Shown: one piece after another, positions 1 to 12,779 of the stretch
Position numbering within the stretch: the first letter of the stretch is position 1
How the letters are laid out: every line of letters begins with the position of its first letter
Origin: Catajapyx aquilonaris
Taxonomy: Eukaryota
Assembly: GCA_000934665.2 (NCBI GenBank)
Contig: KZ538575.1
Span: forward strand, 1 to 60,913
Direction of reading: 5' to 3'
DNA length: 60,913 nucleotides
Program-made: the position numbers and the translations under genes
Notes under the pieces: generated by a model
What the model was told of the DNA's origin: nothing
Database searches by the model: none
The model's input: only the letters and a program-made list of their open reading frames with translations

Positions 1-707
1 GCCGACATAGGATTTCTTAGGACTTTTAGTATGTTGTTCAGCACACTTAACAGAACATTTCCTGCAATTTTCAGATTTACATTATTTTTTACCGGGTCAA
101 AACCTAAAATGCCTGGGCTACTTAGATTATTGTGAGTCTCGACCAAATATTGTGACATTGACTTGGCACGGGAATACAAAACTGGGATTCCGAATTCGCA
201 ACTGCGGATGCAGAAATCCGAGGCTCCTCGTAACTGTCTGTAAACACTGCCAACCCTAGAACTTTAGGAAGTTCCTAATTGGAAATTCAGATTTGATAAT
301 GACCTGTAAATGTAATCAATGATCATTCGGCAATTACCCTATTGCCCCGTATAAATCGGTATGCCGGTATTAAACGGAGTTGACCAGGGTGTCAGTATAC
401 CCCGATGGAGCTGGCCTGCCTATGGAAAATTGGGAAATTATTGTGATTTTCTCATAGCGTGAGGAATCATTTCCTGTCGTTGTCCACTTGGCTAGGAACT
501 TTTATTTACAAAATAATGTTCCTTTGTGAGAAACTTCAAGTTACACATATATGGCCGTTTTATAACTATTTAATTGACTTGTTGCAAGTTTCTAAAAAAT
601 AAGAAGCGAACATTTTAAATTTACTGCTCCTACAGTGTGACACCTTTCTGGACTTTATGGAAATGAAGAGGATATTATGGGTTCTTTTGTGGTTAATCAT
701 TTGACAA

Positions 708-1049
708 TTGGGGAGGCGGAGTGGTGCTGCGGTAACGTACGCGCCCACGGATGTTAAGGTCCCGGGTTCGATCCCAACCCGGGGACACCCCCTTCATCAC
801 GTGCAGAGTTCAAGGGTCACCTCTGGCTTCGTCTCGGGTGGTATATCCACAGACTGAACCACCCGGGGAGTTCACTAAAAATGGCCACATTAAGACATTG
901 CACTGCACCTTGCACATCCCCTCCTGTCATCCTGCCCGTGGGCCCGGGCGTTACGTATAAAGGCTCCAATGTACTTGACACAATAAATAAAGGTCCGTGC
1001 TACATACCTCTGATGAGGTCAGCACTACCCCGGATTATTATTATTATTA
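708..1049 (+). mobile_element. tRNA-derived SINE (family A), full length, (ATT)n tail
   Basis: Pol III A-box-like TGGTGCTGCGG (~722) and B-box GGTTCGATCCC (~765); (ATT)n tail at 1034-1050; exact 14-bp TSD TAATCATTTGACAA at 694-707 and 1050-1063. Confidence 0.92.
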
Positions 1050-1160
1050 TAATCATTTGACAAGCTACTGGCAGTTGTGGTCCTTTAGTGCTTTTGTCAC
1101 TGGATTGTCTGTTGTTCACAAGCTTGAACACGTATTTCCCGCGCATGTGTCACCTACAGA

Positions 1161-1587
1161 TAGGGCTGTGCGATATTTCGATACATCGACTGTCGATACG
1201 ATATTTTCCTAATATCGAAGTTGCGATATCCGACGCTTGTCATGTGCGATGTATCGAATATCGCGATTTCTCGATGTCGGTTTTCGATATTTTTCGGTGT
1301 CGGTTCGATGTCGGTTTTCGCTTTTTTGACGGGAATACGTCTTTAAAATCGGATCCGCAGGGGGGGNNNNNNGGGGGGGGCATGCAGGCAAATTCGTGCG
1401 TTACAGACAAGCGTTACAGTATTTTACAGTTACAGAAAAGCGTTGCTCTTCGGATTGCCGATGATTGCCGCGCGGACTACTGAAGTCGGTTCGATGTCGG
1501 GTTTTCAATTTTCGATATATCGACTTCGATTCGATATTTTTTGAGTATCGAAAGTCGATATGCAATTTCGGATATCGCACAGCCATA
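1161..1587. mobile_element. hAT-like MITE
   Basis: TIRs TAGGGCTGTGCGATAT / ATATCGCACAGCCATA (1 mismatch); 8-bp TSD CCTACAGA (1153-1160) / CCTACAGG (1588-1595); many subterminal TCGAT/CGATA repeats; central G-run with N gap. Confidence 0.88.
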
Positions 1588-1721
1588 CCTACAGGTGCCA
1601 TTTACAACTCCACTTGCTTATGAGTAGCATGGAGCTTCTCAACATGCAATGCAGATCCCAACTTTATTCTTATATCAGAATACTGTAGTTATACTGATGT
1701 ACAAATTCTCCGTGCTTATTA

Positions 1722-2351
1722 TACAGGTGTTTCACCGCTAGGTAGACCCCCCAAAGAACCGGCTATATTTTTCTTCCTACTCTACCTAAAAACATTATGC
1801 TTGGTTTAAAACTTGCCTTAGTTCGTGTGAATGTAATACTTGACCTTCAAAGAACTCCATATAAGCACTCGAACGCGACACGACTCTCCTTATTATCGAA
1901 GGCCCTCCGCAACATATCGACATTAATAGTCAGGATTGCTGCACCAAGTGTTTTGGACCAATGCGGTAGTAGATGGCCACCATTGGTGGTATAAAAAGTC
2001 GAAAAAGTGAAGCACAGTCTGCTGTAATGACCGAAAAAGTCACCACGATTTTGTCACAAGAAATCGGGTATACTGTTTCCACCTGTCAAAAGAGCCGCGA
2101 ATGGGGATTTAATTTAAAGTTACAACAGTGAGTCTCGACGTTAGAAGACTTGGAAAGCAACATAAGTGCAGCAATCCGGACCATTTACGAGGATATGCTG
2201 CGGAGTATCTTCGATAATAAAATAAGGAGCATCCGTCGAGTCGCGTTAGAGTGTATATGGAGGTCATGAAGGTCAATTCCAGCATTTATTGCGAATGGTA
2301 CTACATTCCCATGCACTAAGGCAACTTTTAAACCAAACATCACGTTTGTAG
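1722..2351. mobile_element. Diverged fold-back DNA transposon remnant (probably Tc1/mariner-derived)
   Basis: Long imperfect inverted repeat, ~1785-1955 against ~2155-2351 (e.g. TTGGTTTAAAACTTGCCTTAGT / ACTAAGGCAACTTTTAAACCAA; GGATTGCTGCAC / GTGCAGCAATCC). Left end TACAGGTGTTTC resembles a Tc1/mariner terminus; the outer right end is not found. Confidence 0.65.
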
Positions 2352-2358
2352 TGACAAT

Positions 2359-3022
2359 GGGGAACTAGCCTTGGTCTGGGATTTGGGATTTTTGTTCATA
2401 ACTAGCTAGCCCATGCCCGTAAACATACATACCATCACTCTGTTGCATCAAAATGACATTACTGGATAAATTACGGCACATTTAAAAGTGCCTTCAAAAT
2501 TGGCGGGAAAAACGGGGCAGCCAATCGAAAGGGTACACTGAAATGCCTGGTTGACTGCGAGATATGAGGAATTTGACTTTGAATTAACCGCGGACACGAC
2601 GGAAAGCATTCGCAAGGCGGCTGTAGGCCATCGAGGTGGAGAAGGGGTGCCTTCATGTGCCGAATTCGGGTGACAGATAATTCCGACCTGGTGGCATCAC
2701 TGCCATGTACAAAGCGGCTTGAGCGACCTGGAATAAATACGCGCCCCGGCCGCTATCTTGCTCACGGAATGGGACGGTTGCTAACAACAGCGAAGCATGT
2801 TACGACAATGACGGGGCGCGTTCTATAACACCATTTTTGCGTTCATGTCACTTCGCGTGACGTCAACATTTTCTAGGGAAACAGTGACGTCACCATTTCC
2901 CTACATAAAAACCCCAATTACTCCGGAACTGGAACTGATATCTTAAAACGGAATATGCCAAAAAAATCCAAAAAATATGGGCGAATTTATTATGTAGTTT
3001 CCAAAATGAAGGCTAGTTCCCC
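2359..3022. mobile_element. Non-autonomous TIR element flanked by AT (ISL2EU/PHIS-like)
   Basis: Perfect 17-bp inverted repeat AATGGGGAACTAGCCTT (2356-2372) / AAGGCTAGTTCCCCATT (3009-3025), read as an AT TSD plus GGGG-starting TIRs. No intact ORF. Superfamily is inferred only from TSD and terminus. Confidence 0.65.
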
Positions 3023-3411
3023 ATTCAATGCAACATGGGAGAAATGATTGCCATGCATTCATCTCTTCCAAAGTGCACCTTTCAGTTGTAGTTGAGATTG
3101 GGGAGCAATTTGACATAGCCTATTTGTAACGAGGTACCCCCAAATAAGTCCCAATATGATGGTTTTGTAGATATGATATATTGTCCTTGTCAACAATCAC
3201 AACGTATACGGTCTGGTCAGTGGCCAAATAACAGTTTCTGGACTCTCCGGATGCACAACCGCACCCCAAGGTGGTTGGTCTCTCTCTGTATCTCAAGCTC
3301 TCACCCAAGTGGCACACATCAGTCTTATCAGTACATACAACAAATGGGGGGGGGGGTTCACACAAGTCAAAAGGAAATTCCATTACACTATTCAATTTTG
3401 TAGCTTTGGTT

Positions 3412-3758
3412 TTTTTTTTTTACCCCGTGCTAGGCATCAAAGGCCTCTTTGGGGGGTGGCACACCACCATCAGTTTTCTCTGTGTGTTTACACTTTTTCT
3501 TCATTGACAGGTGCAAGGAGTCAAGGATGTCGGGTAGGGGTAGGGATTTTTGGGGAGGGAACATGGGGTACAAGTGCAATGTCTACAACATTGGTCATGT
3601 GCTGTCCCCCAGGAGGTTAGGTTGCCAGACACCTCCTTGGTGCAGGTCAGAGACCCTCCCGACGCAGGTGAAAGGAAAGTTCCCCAGGCGGGGATCGAAC
3701 CTGGGGCCTTTCACTCAGCAAGCCGTGACGTTACCATCACGGCCACCACACCTCCCCC
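3412..3758 (-). mobile_element. tRNA-derived SINE (family B, related to A), poly(A) tail
   Basis: Minus strand has A-box-like TGGCCGTGATGG, B-box GGTTCGATCCC and a poly(A) tail (T-run 3410-3421); 11-bp TSD TAGCTTTGGTT at 3401-3411 and 3759-3769. Confidence 0.92.
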
Positions 3759-4138
3759 TAGCTTTGGTTCTTTATTAACGAACATTATTTTATATGGCAA
3801 AGATTCCTTTTGAAACCTTTTCTGAATTATTATATGGACTCTGAATAGGCCTACCTTAAACAAATATGGAGGCATGCTGTATAGGAATGGAATATTAAAT
3901 ATTTTACCTCAATCTTGGGACAGTTTTTTCCCCCCCACCAGTTACCTTTGGCCAGGTCCTGGCTTGTGCGATCCATTGCGGTCGAACCCACCTTCCATAT
4001 ACTCCCACCCCCTTCCTTATTTACCCAGAGAGAAGAGAACAGCTTTCAATCAGGTTTTTTCTCTCTCTTTATAACACTAAATTAAGCGCATAATAATACA
4101 AATAAACAGCAATTCATTACGACAAGGATGGTTATGAG

Positions 4139-4286
4139 CAAGGGGGTAATCACTTCGGTACTCCGGTGTACACCTGGGAGTGGTACTCCCTGGTACTCCT
4201 CAGGCACCTCACTCTTTATTACTCCGTGGTACTCCTTGAATTTGGTACTCCAGTGTACACTTTTCAGTCGAGTGATTACCCCCTTG
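4139..4286. mobile_element. 148-bp MITE with 8-bp TSD (hAT or P superfamily)
   Basis: Perfect 16-bp TIR CAAGGGGGTAATCACT / AGTGATTACCCCCTTG; exact TSD GTTATGAG at 4131-4138 and 4287-4294; repeated internal GGTACTCC motifs. Confidence 0.93.
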
Positions 4287-5437
4287 GTTATGAGCCTTGG
4301 TAAAATTGATCTTCATTTAGTCGGGTCGTCCATTCTATCTTTAGGGGAGATAGTTATGTCAGATCGGACCTGATAAATGGATAAAGTGTTTGATCGGGAT
4401 TGCTGGCTGTTATGTGCCTATTTCCATCAAGGAAAAATGGACGGATTTTACCAAGAACGAGTATATGTTGGTCGTACAGTATATGATACAATGCATTTCT
4501 GCAGATACATTGCCTGCCTTTCCCACATGTATTGCGCGTTCCTCTTGCGCCTCCAGGTCCGATCTCACCCGCGACATGGGAGAGGGTGAGACAAAGGTGA
4601 GGATGAAAGCGAATGTGACTGACACCACATCACGCTGCCGTGAATTTCCTTTCGGCCACGAACCACTTGCTACAATAGTTCATCTTCAAATGGCGTGTAA
4701 CCTCGCCTGTGACATGTATTTATACATTCCATTTAGATTTACGGTACAAGAAAGTAGTGTTTAATATTCTTGAGATACTGTATAGGTAAGTCACATCATC
4801 CCAAGAACATTAGCTAGGTTTGCATCTGACTGACTCCCGTTGATTCCACTCATTTATTTTGTCCCATTCCTTCTGCTCATGAATTTTCGGCATGACAGTG
4901 CTCCACTTGAAACAAAGCATAAATAATATATTGCAATAAGCCAACAATACTCCCAAGTAGGGACTTACTGCCATGCCTATATTCACTGCCGTAGTGTAAG
5001 CAATGATTTCCTTCCATAGTTGCTATGCACCATGCTTAGTAAAAATTATCAATCAGACTAGAGTTGATGAAATCAGTCTTTTCTTCCTCCTGGTCTTAGA
5101 CTTAGTGACAGGTACAGTACTACACACTGCAGTCAGGCTGCTGGTACACGACCACGGCATTGTATACAAGGAAGAGGCTCTTCAAGTAGCAGCAGTATAG
5201 GATAATAGTCAGGCTAGACAGAGTGCTAGTACGAGTACATAGCACTAAAATGGTAAAACTTACGCCACTACTTTTATTTTCCCGGATATGTCAACAGCTT
5301 TAGGCCAGGTTCTCTGGAAGTTGTAAGGAGTCCATTGTAATCAGCGCAGAACGATTGCCATGTATCAATCTCGTTTGAAAGTGAGAAGAAAAAGTGAGAG
5401 AGGAAAATAAAAAGCCAGCCAGAGAAGGGCATGAAGC

Positions 5438-5474
5438 AAAAAAAAAAAAAACAAAACAAAAAAAAACAAAAAAA
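5438..5474 (+). repeat. A-rich low-complexity tract
   Basis: Run of A with interspersed C. Confidence 0.9.
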
Positions 5475-8400
5475 GTAGGGGAGGTGAGCCTGGGAGAGGC
5501 CAAGGAAAAAGCATCAGCAGCAGATATCCCATCAGAGAAACGAGTGGGAGTGAAGGAGGAGGAGGTGAGCAGGAGGGGGTGGGCAATAGGAAGGGGGAGC
5601 ATCATGGGGAATGGGTCTCGCTCGCCACCTTCCAGCCCATTTGGGAGAAGACTCTGGCCTTTCAAGAGGGACCATATAAGTGGACAAGCTTCCTTCCCCA
5701 AGCCGATTAGAGGCTCCTGTGCTATTTTGCACGTCGGTCTTTAATGAATCGGGTGGAAGGAGGGGGCGTGGGGCTTTCCCAAAAGCCCGTCTCCACCTCG
5801 TTTCGCTACCCCCCCTTCACCACCCAACCTCCCAGCCCACACTCTCGAGAAGCCATCCGCGACCAACTTGGGAAGGAGATTACGCTATATAGACAATTGG
5901 CGCACATCTTATCGGATTTTCCCTCTGCAATGCCACTTGATGTTCATGGGACCCTGGCCCAGGCCTAAGAGGCTGGATGGAGCTCTTCATGTTAGCGCAA
6001 CACAGAAAGAATGCCGGACTCTACACACACAAAAAAGAGGAAGGCTATGAGCACACTTCAGGACACGAGAAGGTAGAGAAGCACTGTGTATGTTTGCCAG
6101 TTTGCGCGTGGCAGGATGAGTCCGTTAGCTTCCAAAGGGGGCGCCCCACTAATGAAAGGAAATAATTTTCCAGTGGGGAAAAGGCGAAGCGTCTGGACCG
6201 AGCGGTCCCAAAGCTGAATGAACCGCGATCTGTAGTGGGATCGTAATGCTGAAAGCTTGTTGCATGTCACACGTAAAGTGCAGGATTCAGGAGCTGGATG
6301 GAAGAGAAAACCCCGGCGGTGGGGGTTTTCAGGTGAAATCCGCTCCCTGCAGCGGACGGACCGGCGGGAATAACAGGAGAAAGCCTCAGTCCTCGCATTG
6401 AAAGCGAGGACTGGCATTAGCAATGAGGCAGATCCCTCTTTCACTAATTGTACTAATAATGAGGCTGTTTTACGCTTCAGAACCTGCTCTTGACCCGAAC
6501 ACATGAATGACCATTCTCGCCTGCTGAATCACCCAGCTTCAGCCCGATTGAGCGCAAATATGGCAAAGCCCCGCAGGATACGCAACAGGCATCTTTTTTT
6601 TGCACGATTCAAGCAAAATAAAAAAAAGTGTGCAATCCATTGCAGATTTGTATGCAAGTGAAATGTGGCGGGCGGAGACTGGGATTGGATTGGCACTCTT
6701 GGGGCGTCGCGTTGGGGTCCGGACCGGGTTGCGCAGGACGAATTTATCGGCTGGTACGAGAGAGCCGCTGGTAGATGAAAGCACCCCGGAAGGATAATTA
6801 GCCTGAGGGAGCGTGCGACAAACAGGGTAGAAAGAGAGAGAGAGAGAGCCTGCTTTGTATCCCGATGCAACCATCTCACCAGAGCCTTTGTAACGCGCCT
6901 ATGTCCGGCTGCAAAGCTCCCTGGGTTGCATAATCGGATTGGCTAAAGTAACTCATAATGGCCATAAAATGACATCATTTTGCCATTATTTCGGGCAGGA
7001 TGGTAGGAGACTGCGTCAGTTCCAGTCCCTATAGAGAACTGCCCTGACTTGATATGACCCGTCTTCCAATGGCAGTCTCGGCCACTCTAACCGGGGCAGG
7101 TTTACCAGCACAACCGGTGCATCCACAAGGCAGCGGGGCGTTTAATGTGCGCAAATTCCCTCTCTTAAATTATTAAGAATGGGGCTCGGGGTAAAGAGCA
7201 GGAGAAAAGAGTGGAGAAGGGAGGATGGTGGCAGGCAGTAGGAGGAAGAGGAGGGAGGTCGCACATAGTTGGAAGTAGGGCGAGCCTGTTTTCTCTTCCA
7301 CTCAAAAGCCAAAGAGCAGCAGGCCTTTGAAGTGAGCGGGATTATGAGGTTCAGAAAGTGTTTGAGAATTGGATTTGAAGCGCGGGAAGAATTCCTCGTC
7401 GCATGAGACGAGCTCCTAACCGCAGGCTTTGCGGCGAGCGCCAACAACTGCAACCTCACAAGGAACATGCCCTCCGGTCCCTCACTGATTCCAGATGCTA
7501 CACCTGTATTACAGTGTGTGGCAGCACTTATTAACTACCCTCATTGGATTAGTCCAGGAGATGGAGAGATTATTATCCGTCCCCACAAAATATTACACAC
7601 TGCTGACTTGATCTATAGGAACCGGTGGGGTGGTCAACAGCTCTTCCCACAGTCAGTGATGGTGCACCTCTGGGCAACCCTTGAAACGGATGAATCAGTG
7701 TGCCTCCTGCTTTAGTCGAGCATGCAATATTCAGCAACTGCTGGGATAGTAATAACTCGGCTCTGGTTTCCACCCCCTATGTGTGATTAGAGTGGTCCCA
7801 GGAGCAGCGCTAATGGAAGGCGGAATCGAACGAAACATTGATCCCTGATTGCCAGTTGGGATGGCTAGCTAGCTTGGGATACTCGACTGGTTGGCTAACT
7901 AAGTGGGGAGCATCGCAGACCTTTGTGGCCGGGTCTGCGGTATCGGCGGGGAGCCAGCCAGATCAAGAAGAAATGCAAAGCAGCTTATATGACCTCTGGC
8001 TTGATGGGAATGGCGCGTCAGAATTTCAATTTCCTCTGCAATGGGAGAGCACTTGAGCGATTGTGAGAGGGAAATCGATGGGTTGCAAATACTCGCCGGA
8101 TGAGAAATCTTGTGTGGTTGGAATTGAATCTTGCACCAGTTGAGTCTCGTGTCTATACTGGGTCCAGATTGGAGGAAGAAGCCGACTCGGGTGGGTGCGA
8201 TGGGAATTTTTGATCCTTCTATAGTCTGAAGGTACGTCATTCATTCGGGTTACTCTGTCATGAACAGGATGCATAAATTTACAATGAAAATGTGACCAGA
8301 TGTGACATGGACAAAGAGAAGACGCTAGGGACGATCGGCCAGGCAGTCGTTAAAGAAGGAAAATGTTCCCCACCTCTGCGCTCATGTCATGTGACATTAT

Positions 8401-11400
8401 ATCCACGCTGAGAAAGGAGAATATCCAATATCCCATGTTGACCCAAGCATTCTCTGCAACATTTGTACCCTACTCACAGATTTGGAGGGTTCTAGGAAAG
8501 AAAATAAACGCTGTAAGGCTCAGTAATCACCGAATTAAATCCGGTTGAACGCGGAACCCTCTTGCTAATTATAGGTGGCCATATATAACCGGATTTTCAG
8601 AAGAGCTTCGAGGCGTTTATGAATTCTCCGGCAGCCATTAGCCTGGCGGGCTAGTTTGCTGTCAAAATCGTCACCCACCGCGATTGTTTCATTTTTTTAA
8701 AGAGGTGTACCTCACGCCTGACTTGAGTCGGATTCATTAGCAGATTAGTCTGCACAGCCCCCGAAACATCTGGAAATCCTTTGCGTGTGACCCGCAGGGA
8801 GCAGCAGCCATCTTTGCAGGCCCACTGTCAGCTAGCACCAGGCACGACATCCAGCATTCTATTTGTGTTTGTTTATTGTTTATATCACATTGCACGTTAC
8901 GACCTCCAGCTGTAGTGGACAGCCTACCGGATCCTTTCCATAGGGAAGTATGTCCAGAAAAAGAAATAATGAGATACGGTGGTGGGAGGAGGCACAATAA
9001 GGGAGCAGGATAGTGAAACCCTATATTTTTCCACGCTGATAAGAGTAACTTCCGAGAAATGGCGTTTGTCAAAAGGAAAAATTGGTCATGACACCATATT
9101 CCCAGAAGTGGACGGTGTTTAACGACGCGCTTTTTAATTAGTGTTTTTTTGGGGGGACGAGAGTACAAAAAAGGGGGGTGAGATTGAATATCCCTGTTGG
9201 TGCAAGAAAGGTGCAGAGGTTATCGTGGATTATTCTGAACCCTAGAGGGCGGGTGCAGTGGCTGTAGAGCCCTGTAAAGGTATTTAGAGCCCCAAAAGAA
9301 AGATAAAATAGCGCCATTTAAGCCATCGCCTAGTGTTATGGGCTGTCGGGTCACCACCGTGCCCATTTTATGGAACAATATTATTGCCTGTTTGCGCTAA
9401 AAATTTGCGTAATTCATGTGGATTCTTGTTGGGAAAATATTGACGATGTGCAGAATATCGTGGCATTTTTATGTAAATTCCGATGCGAAGCTTCTGCTCG
9501 ACTGGGAATCATATAAAAAATAATGTATCGCGCAGAGATAACAACGGAGCCCGGGTGGCCACTAAATGAACTGCAGCCTATTTAAATGAGCGTGCATGTG
9601 TTGACGACTCGACTTTTCCCGTAATTCTCCACAGCAAACGATTATGCAAATGGCGCGCATACCAGCTAGAAATGTGGACAAATATTGATGGTCGATATCC
9701 CATTATGAGTGGGCGAGGGATTAATTTTATATCCGCACATCGTGTCAAAACTGCATTGAAGCAAGGCTTTGGTGATAATAAATAATAGATAGTTAAACAG
9801 GGAAGAGATAATGCATGAAAGAGAGCATGCAAACATTTTGCTCCACTTTTGAACCGCTTAGGGGCAAAGCCTCTGCTTCCAGTGTTTTGATAGGCCAATA
9901 ATGCTATACATTTGCAGGCTTCCGATGTGCACATGCGTGCTTCATGCAAATCGTTGCAAATAGGCCTCTGAACCCCGGGCTGCAGCTTTTTTACCTCGCT
10001 ATTTTTCTCTCTCTCCAAACTGTCGGCATGGGCGAGCATGTTTGGCTGAGTTTGCTCCACATCGAGGCAGACCCTGTCCAAATAAGATGTACTGTTGGCG
10101 TGTACCAGCAACTTTGTCATGCGAGGCACCCTCCCCTCTCCCTCCAGCCGTTTTCCTCCCCTTCGGTACCTATTATTCTACCTCAGAAAAGCAGGGCTCT
10201 TGCAAGTAGGGTACTTGTTCATCACGCGAATAAGTTAATCTCGCGTAGAAGCCAGGTAATCGAAAGGCAACAAAAATAGATGAAATTAATTATGCTGTCG
10301 CTACGTTGCGCACTGATTAAAAAGAAATATCCCGCTCCGAGTGCTGACAAATTGCTACCTTTCATTGTAGTCGACGTGGAACAAGCCCTGTCCCCACCCT
10401 TCCCTCCACCCCTGGCCAGGAAAAAGGAAAAGAAAATGCTAGAGAAGGAGAAGAACCTTTCGTCCCCCGCATAAATGATTTCAGCCAAATCCACAGTGCC
10501 GGAACGAACCGAGCATTAAATTGCAAAATTATGCAAGAAACGGCCGTATTTTGCCAAAGCTAGCGAAACAATTGTTGGCGTTAATAAAACGGAAATGAGT
10601 TATTGGATGGCAATAAAGGGTGACAAAATTCCAGCTCGGGATGGGTTTTGGGTCGTCAGTGCTAATCAACAGCTTGGAGGGGGGGGGGGGGNGGGGGTTC
10701 TGCTGCATAATGAGGAGTGAAACAGTCAGGTTGACCTTTCGGGAATTCCGGCCTGATGCTTACAACAAGCAAACATTGTTCGGAAGGTCTGGGCAAGGAA
10801 GACTTTTCTTTCCCCCTCCTCCCTCCCCTTACATTTTCCCTCCCTTGCTAGGCTTGCCCCATAGTCTCAGGTGATTTATGCTCTGTCCCTAATGTGCCCT
10901 GGTGGAGCAAGCAGGGGCCTGGAGGTGGAAGAAGGGGAGGTGGGGAGGCCGCCGAATTGCTCACTGAGTGATGCAGACATCCAAAAACTGAGCCATTTTC
11001 CTTCCTCCACAGCCCCTTACAGGTGCTCACCTATAGTGGCTTGTAGCTCTTGCGCCTACTTAATATTGTATGCGTGGCTTCCAAGGTGCATTCTCTGATG
11101 CTTCTCAGCTTGACCATCATCGGCCTTCTGTGTGAAGAAACTTGTGCAGTGTTCAACTCTTGTGTAGGGGGTTGTTCACGGATATATTCAGCACTTCTGG
11201 GGGCTTTGTTCGGAAGTTACGTTAAGTTGCCGGTGGTTGGCTGCTCACATGCTGTGTACGTACAGTATACTTAGATATGAGGTACTAGAAGTTTAAAAAA
11301 AAAGTTTTGCCCTAATTTATCCTGGCGCTGTACAACCATCAGCACTCCAATGTTCTCCATGGAGGAAAGTACTGCTGATTGCATAGCAACAGGATCCAGT

Positions 11401-11448
11401 TGGGCGAAAGTGTTTTTTCACATACCGGTAGCAGTAGTTATGAATGTA

Positions 11449-11708
11449 CGAGTATCCCGGCAATAACAGGGGCACAAGTCCAACAATGACGATTTTGACT
11501 TATTACTAGAACAGGGTCCATGACCGTGTGCACATTCAGAATGCATATTCTGATTTTAAAAAAAATAATAATTAACAATTCTGATTATTCGAATGCTGCA
11601 TCAATACCTGATTTATGATAACACTATACCAACACTATACAACTTTCAAAGTGCTCTCCTGTGAAATTGACTTTTTGGACTTGTGCCCCTGTTATTGCCG
11701 GGGTGCGA
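11449..11708. mobile_element. Tc1/mariner (pogo-like) MITE
   Basis: Perfect 28-bp inverted repeat CCCGGCAATAACAGGGGCACAAGTCCAA (11456-11483) / TTGGACTTGTGCCCCTGTTATTGCCGGG (11675-11702); TA just outside both degenerate tips (11447-48, 11709-10); AT-rich interior. Confidence 0.8.
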
Positions 11709-12382
11709 TATTTTTTCCAAAATGAATAAGATGATTGATGTAAGGGCCCTGTTTGGAATAAGGCCACAGTAAGGAACAAATGCTTTTCTTGCTCGTCTAT
11801 TATGCATTTAGTGGATTACTTTATATTATGTTACTTTATAAGTCAGTAAGTACAAACCTTACCATTCAACGTGGTATGCAATTAATTAAGATATTCGTGG
11901 TATAAAAGTAATTTTTCAATAATTTAATAATTCCCTGCACAATTTATTGCTTCGGTTTAGATTCGGTGAAGTGCATTTAGAAAGTGGCCTTATTAGAAGA
12001 TTGACAACATTGCAGACTAATTAATTTAATTTCATCACATAATTTACAGACTTCTGAGTGCCGCCCATCGAAAGTCCATCGATTTCTCATACACGAAGAC
12101 ATGTAGATAGGCATGTTATTATGTGTTTCTACTTGGTAAACCGTACGTTGAAAGCGCACCTAAAATGAGATCACTGGTCATGACTAGAGTAACGTCAATT
12201 TCTGGAAAGAAAAATCCAGCCGTGTTACGCCACTGAGAGGGACCAAAATTATTACATAAATACCACAATGGGGGTAAAATACGAAAGGTCATCAAATCGC
12301 CATACTCTTCTAGTAATTCAAAGTAGATGAAAAAATTAAATGCCTTTTTATAGGCATTACTGTAACTCAGAAATGAAACCGT

Positions 12383-12680
12383 TGTATACTTTTTCCAATC
12401 ATCGAAAAAAAAGTATTATAGGACGGCTCTGTCCGTCCGTCTGTCCGTCTGTCAGTCTGTGGAAATAAGGTATCAGGACCTCAACCGCAGTAGATAGCTG
12501 CAAACGGCTTTCGGATTCTAATAAAGAGTGGCCAAAACAGGTGTCCTGGTCAACTTCCGGTGACCCGCCACTTCCGGTTTTCCGGCTTCACTCTATCCGC
12601 ACAAGTCTACTTTACGGGCGGGTTATCGTTGAATTTCGAAATTAGTTTTCATGGGTTCCTGACGACGTGTGTCGGGGATT
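12383..12680 (+). mobile_element. Helentron/DINE-1-like non-autonomous element, 5' part
   Basis: Subterminal short inverted repeat ATACTTTTT...AAAAAGTAT (12386-12416), followed by a (GTCY)n microsatellite (12430-12460) and ACTTCCGG repeats, the layout of Helentron-associated elements. The 3' boundary is uncertain. Confidence 0.62.
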
Positions 12681-12779
12681 TACCCGGGGTTTTTAATACC
12701 TTGCGGGTTATCGGCCAGGCCGATGCTGGAATCGATACGATGTCTACATGTAACGATATATCGATTCACACCTGCGACC

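Noticed and set aside
708..790. tRNA gene calls for the A/B-box heads (also ~3680-3758, ~14075-14149, ~46660-46731)
   Set aside because: No complete cloverleaf; each continues into a SINE body and tail and is bounded by TSDs.
1005..1035. CTGATGAG hammerhead-ribozyme-like core in SINE A (also 45952 and 30411)
   Set aside because: No stem II followed by GAAA, and no flanking helices that would complete a hammerhead.
2471..2656. THAP-like 'STRHF' peptide inside the AT-flanked element
   Set aside because: The C2CH spacing and the conserved Trp of a THAP domain are absent.
11278..11300. let-7-like TGAGGTA and miR-10-like TACCCTGTA (27894) starts
   Set aside because: Matches are limited to 7-9 nt with no precursor hairpin.
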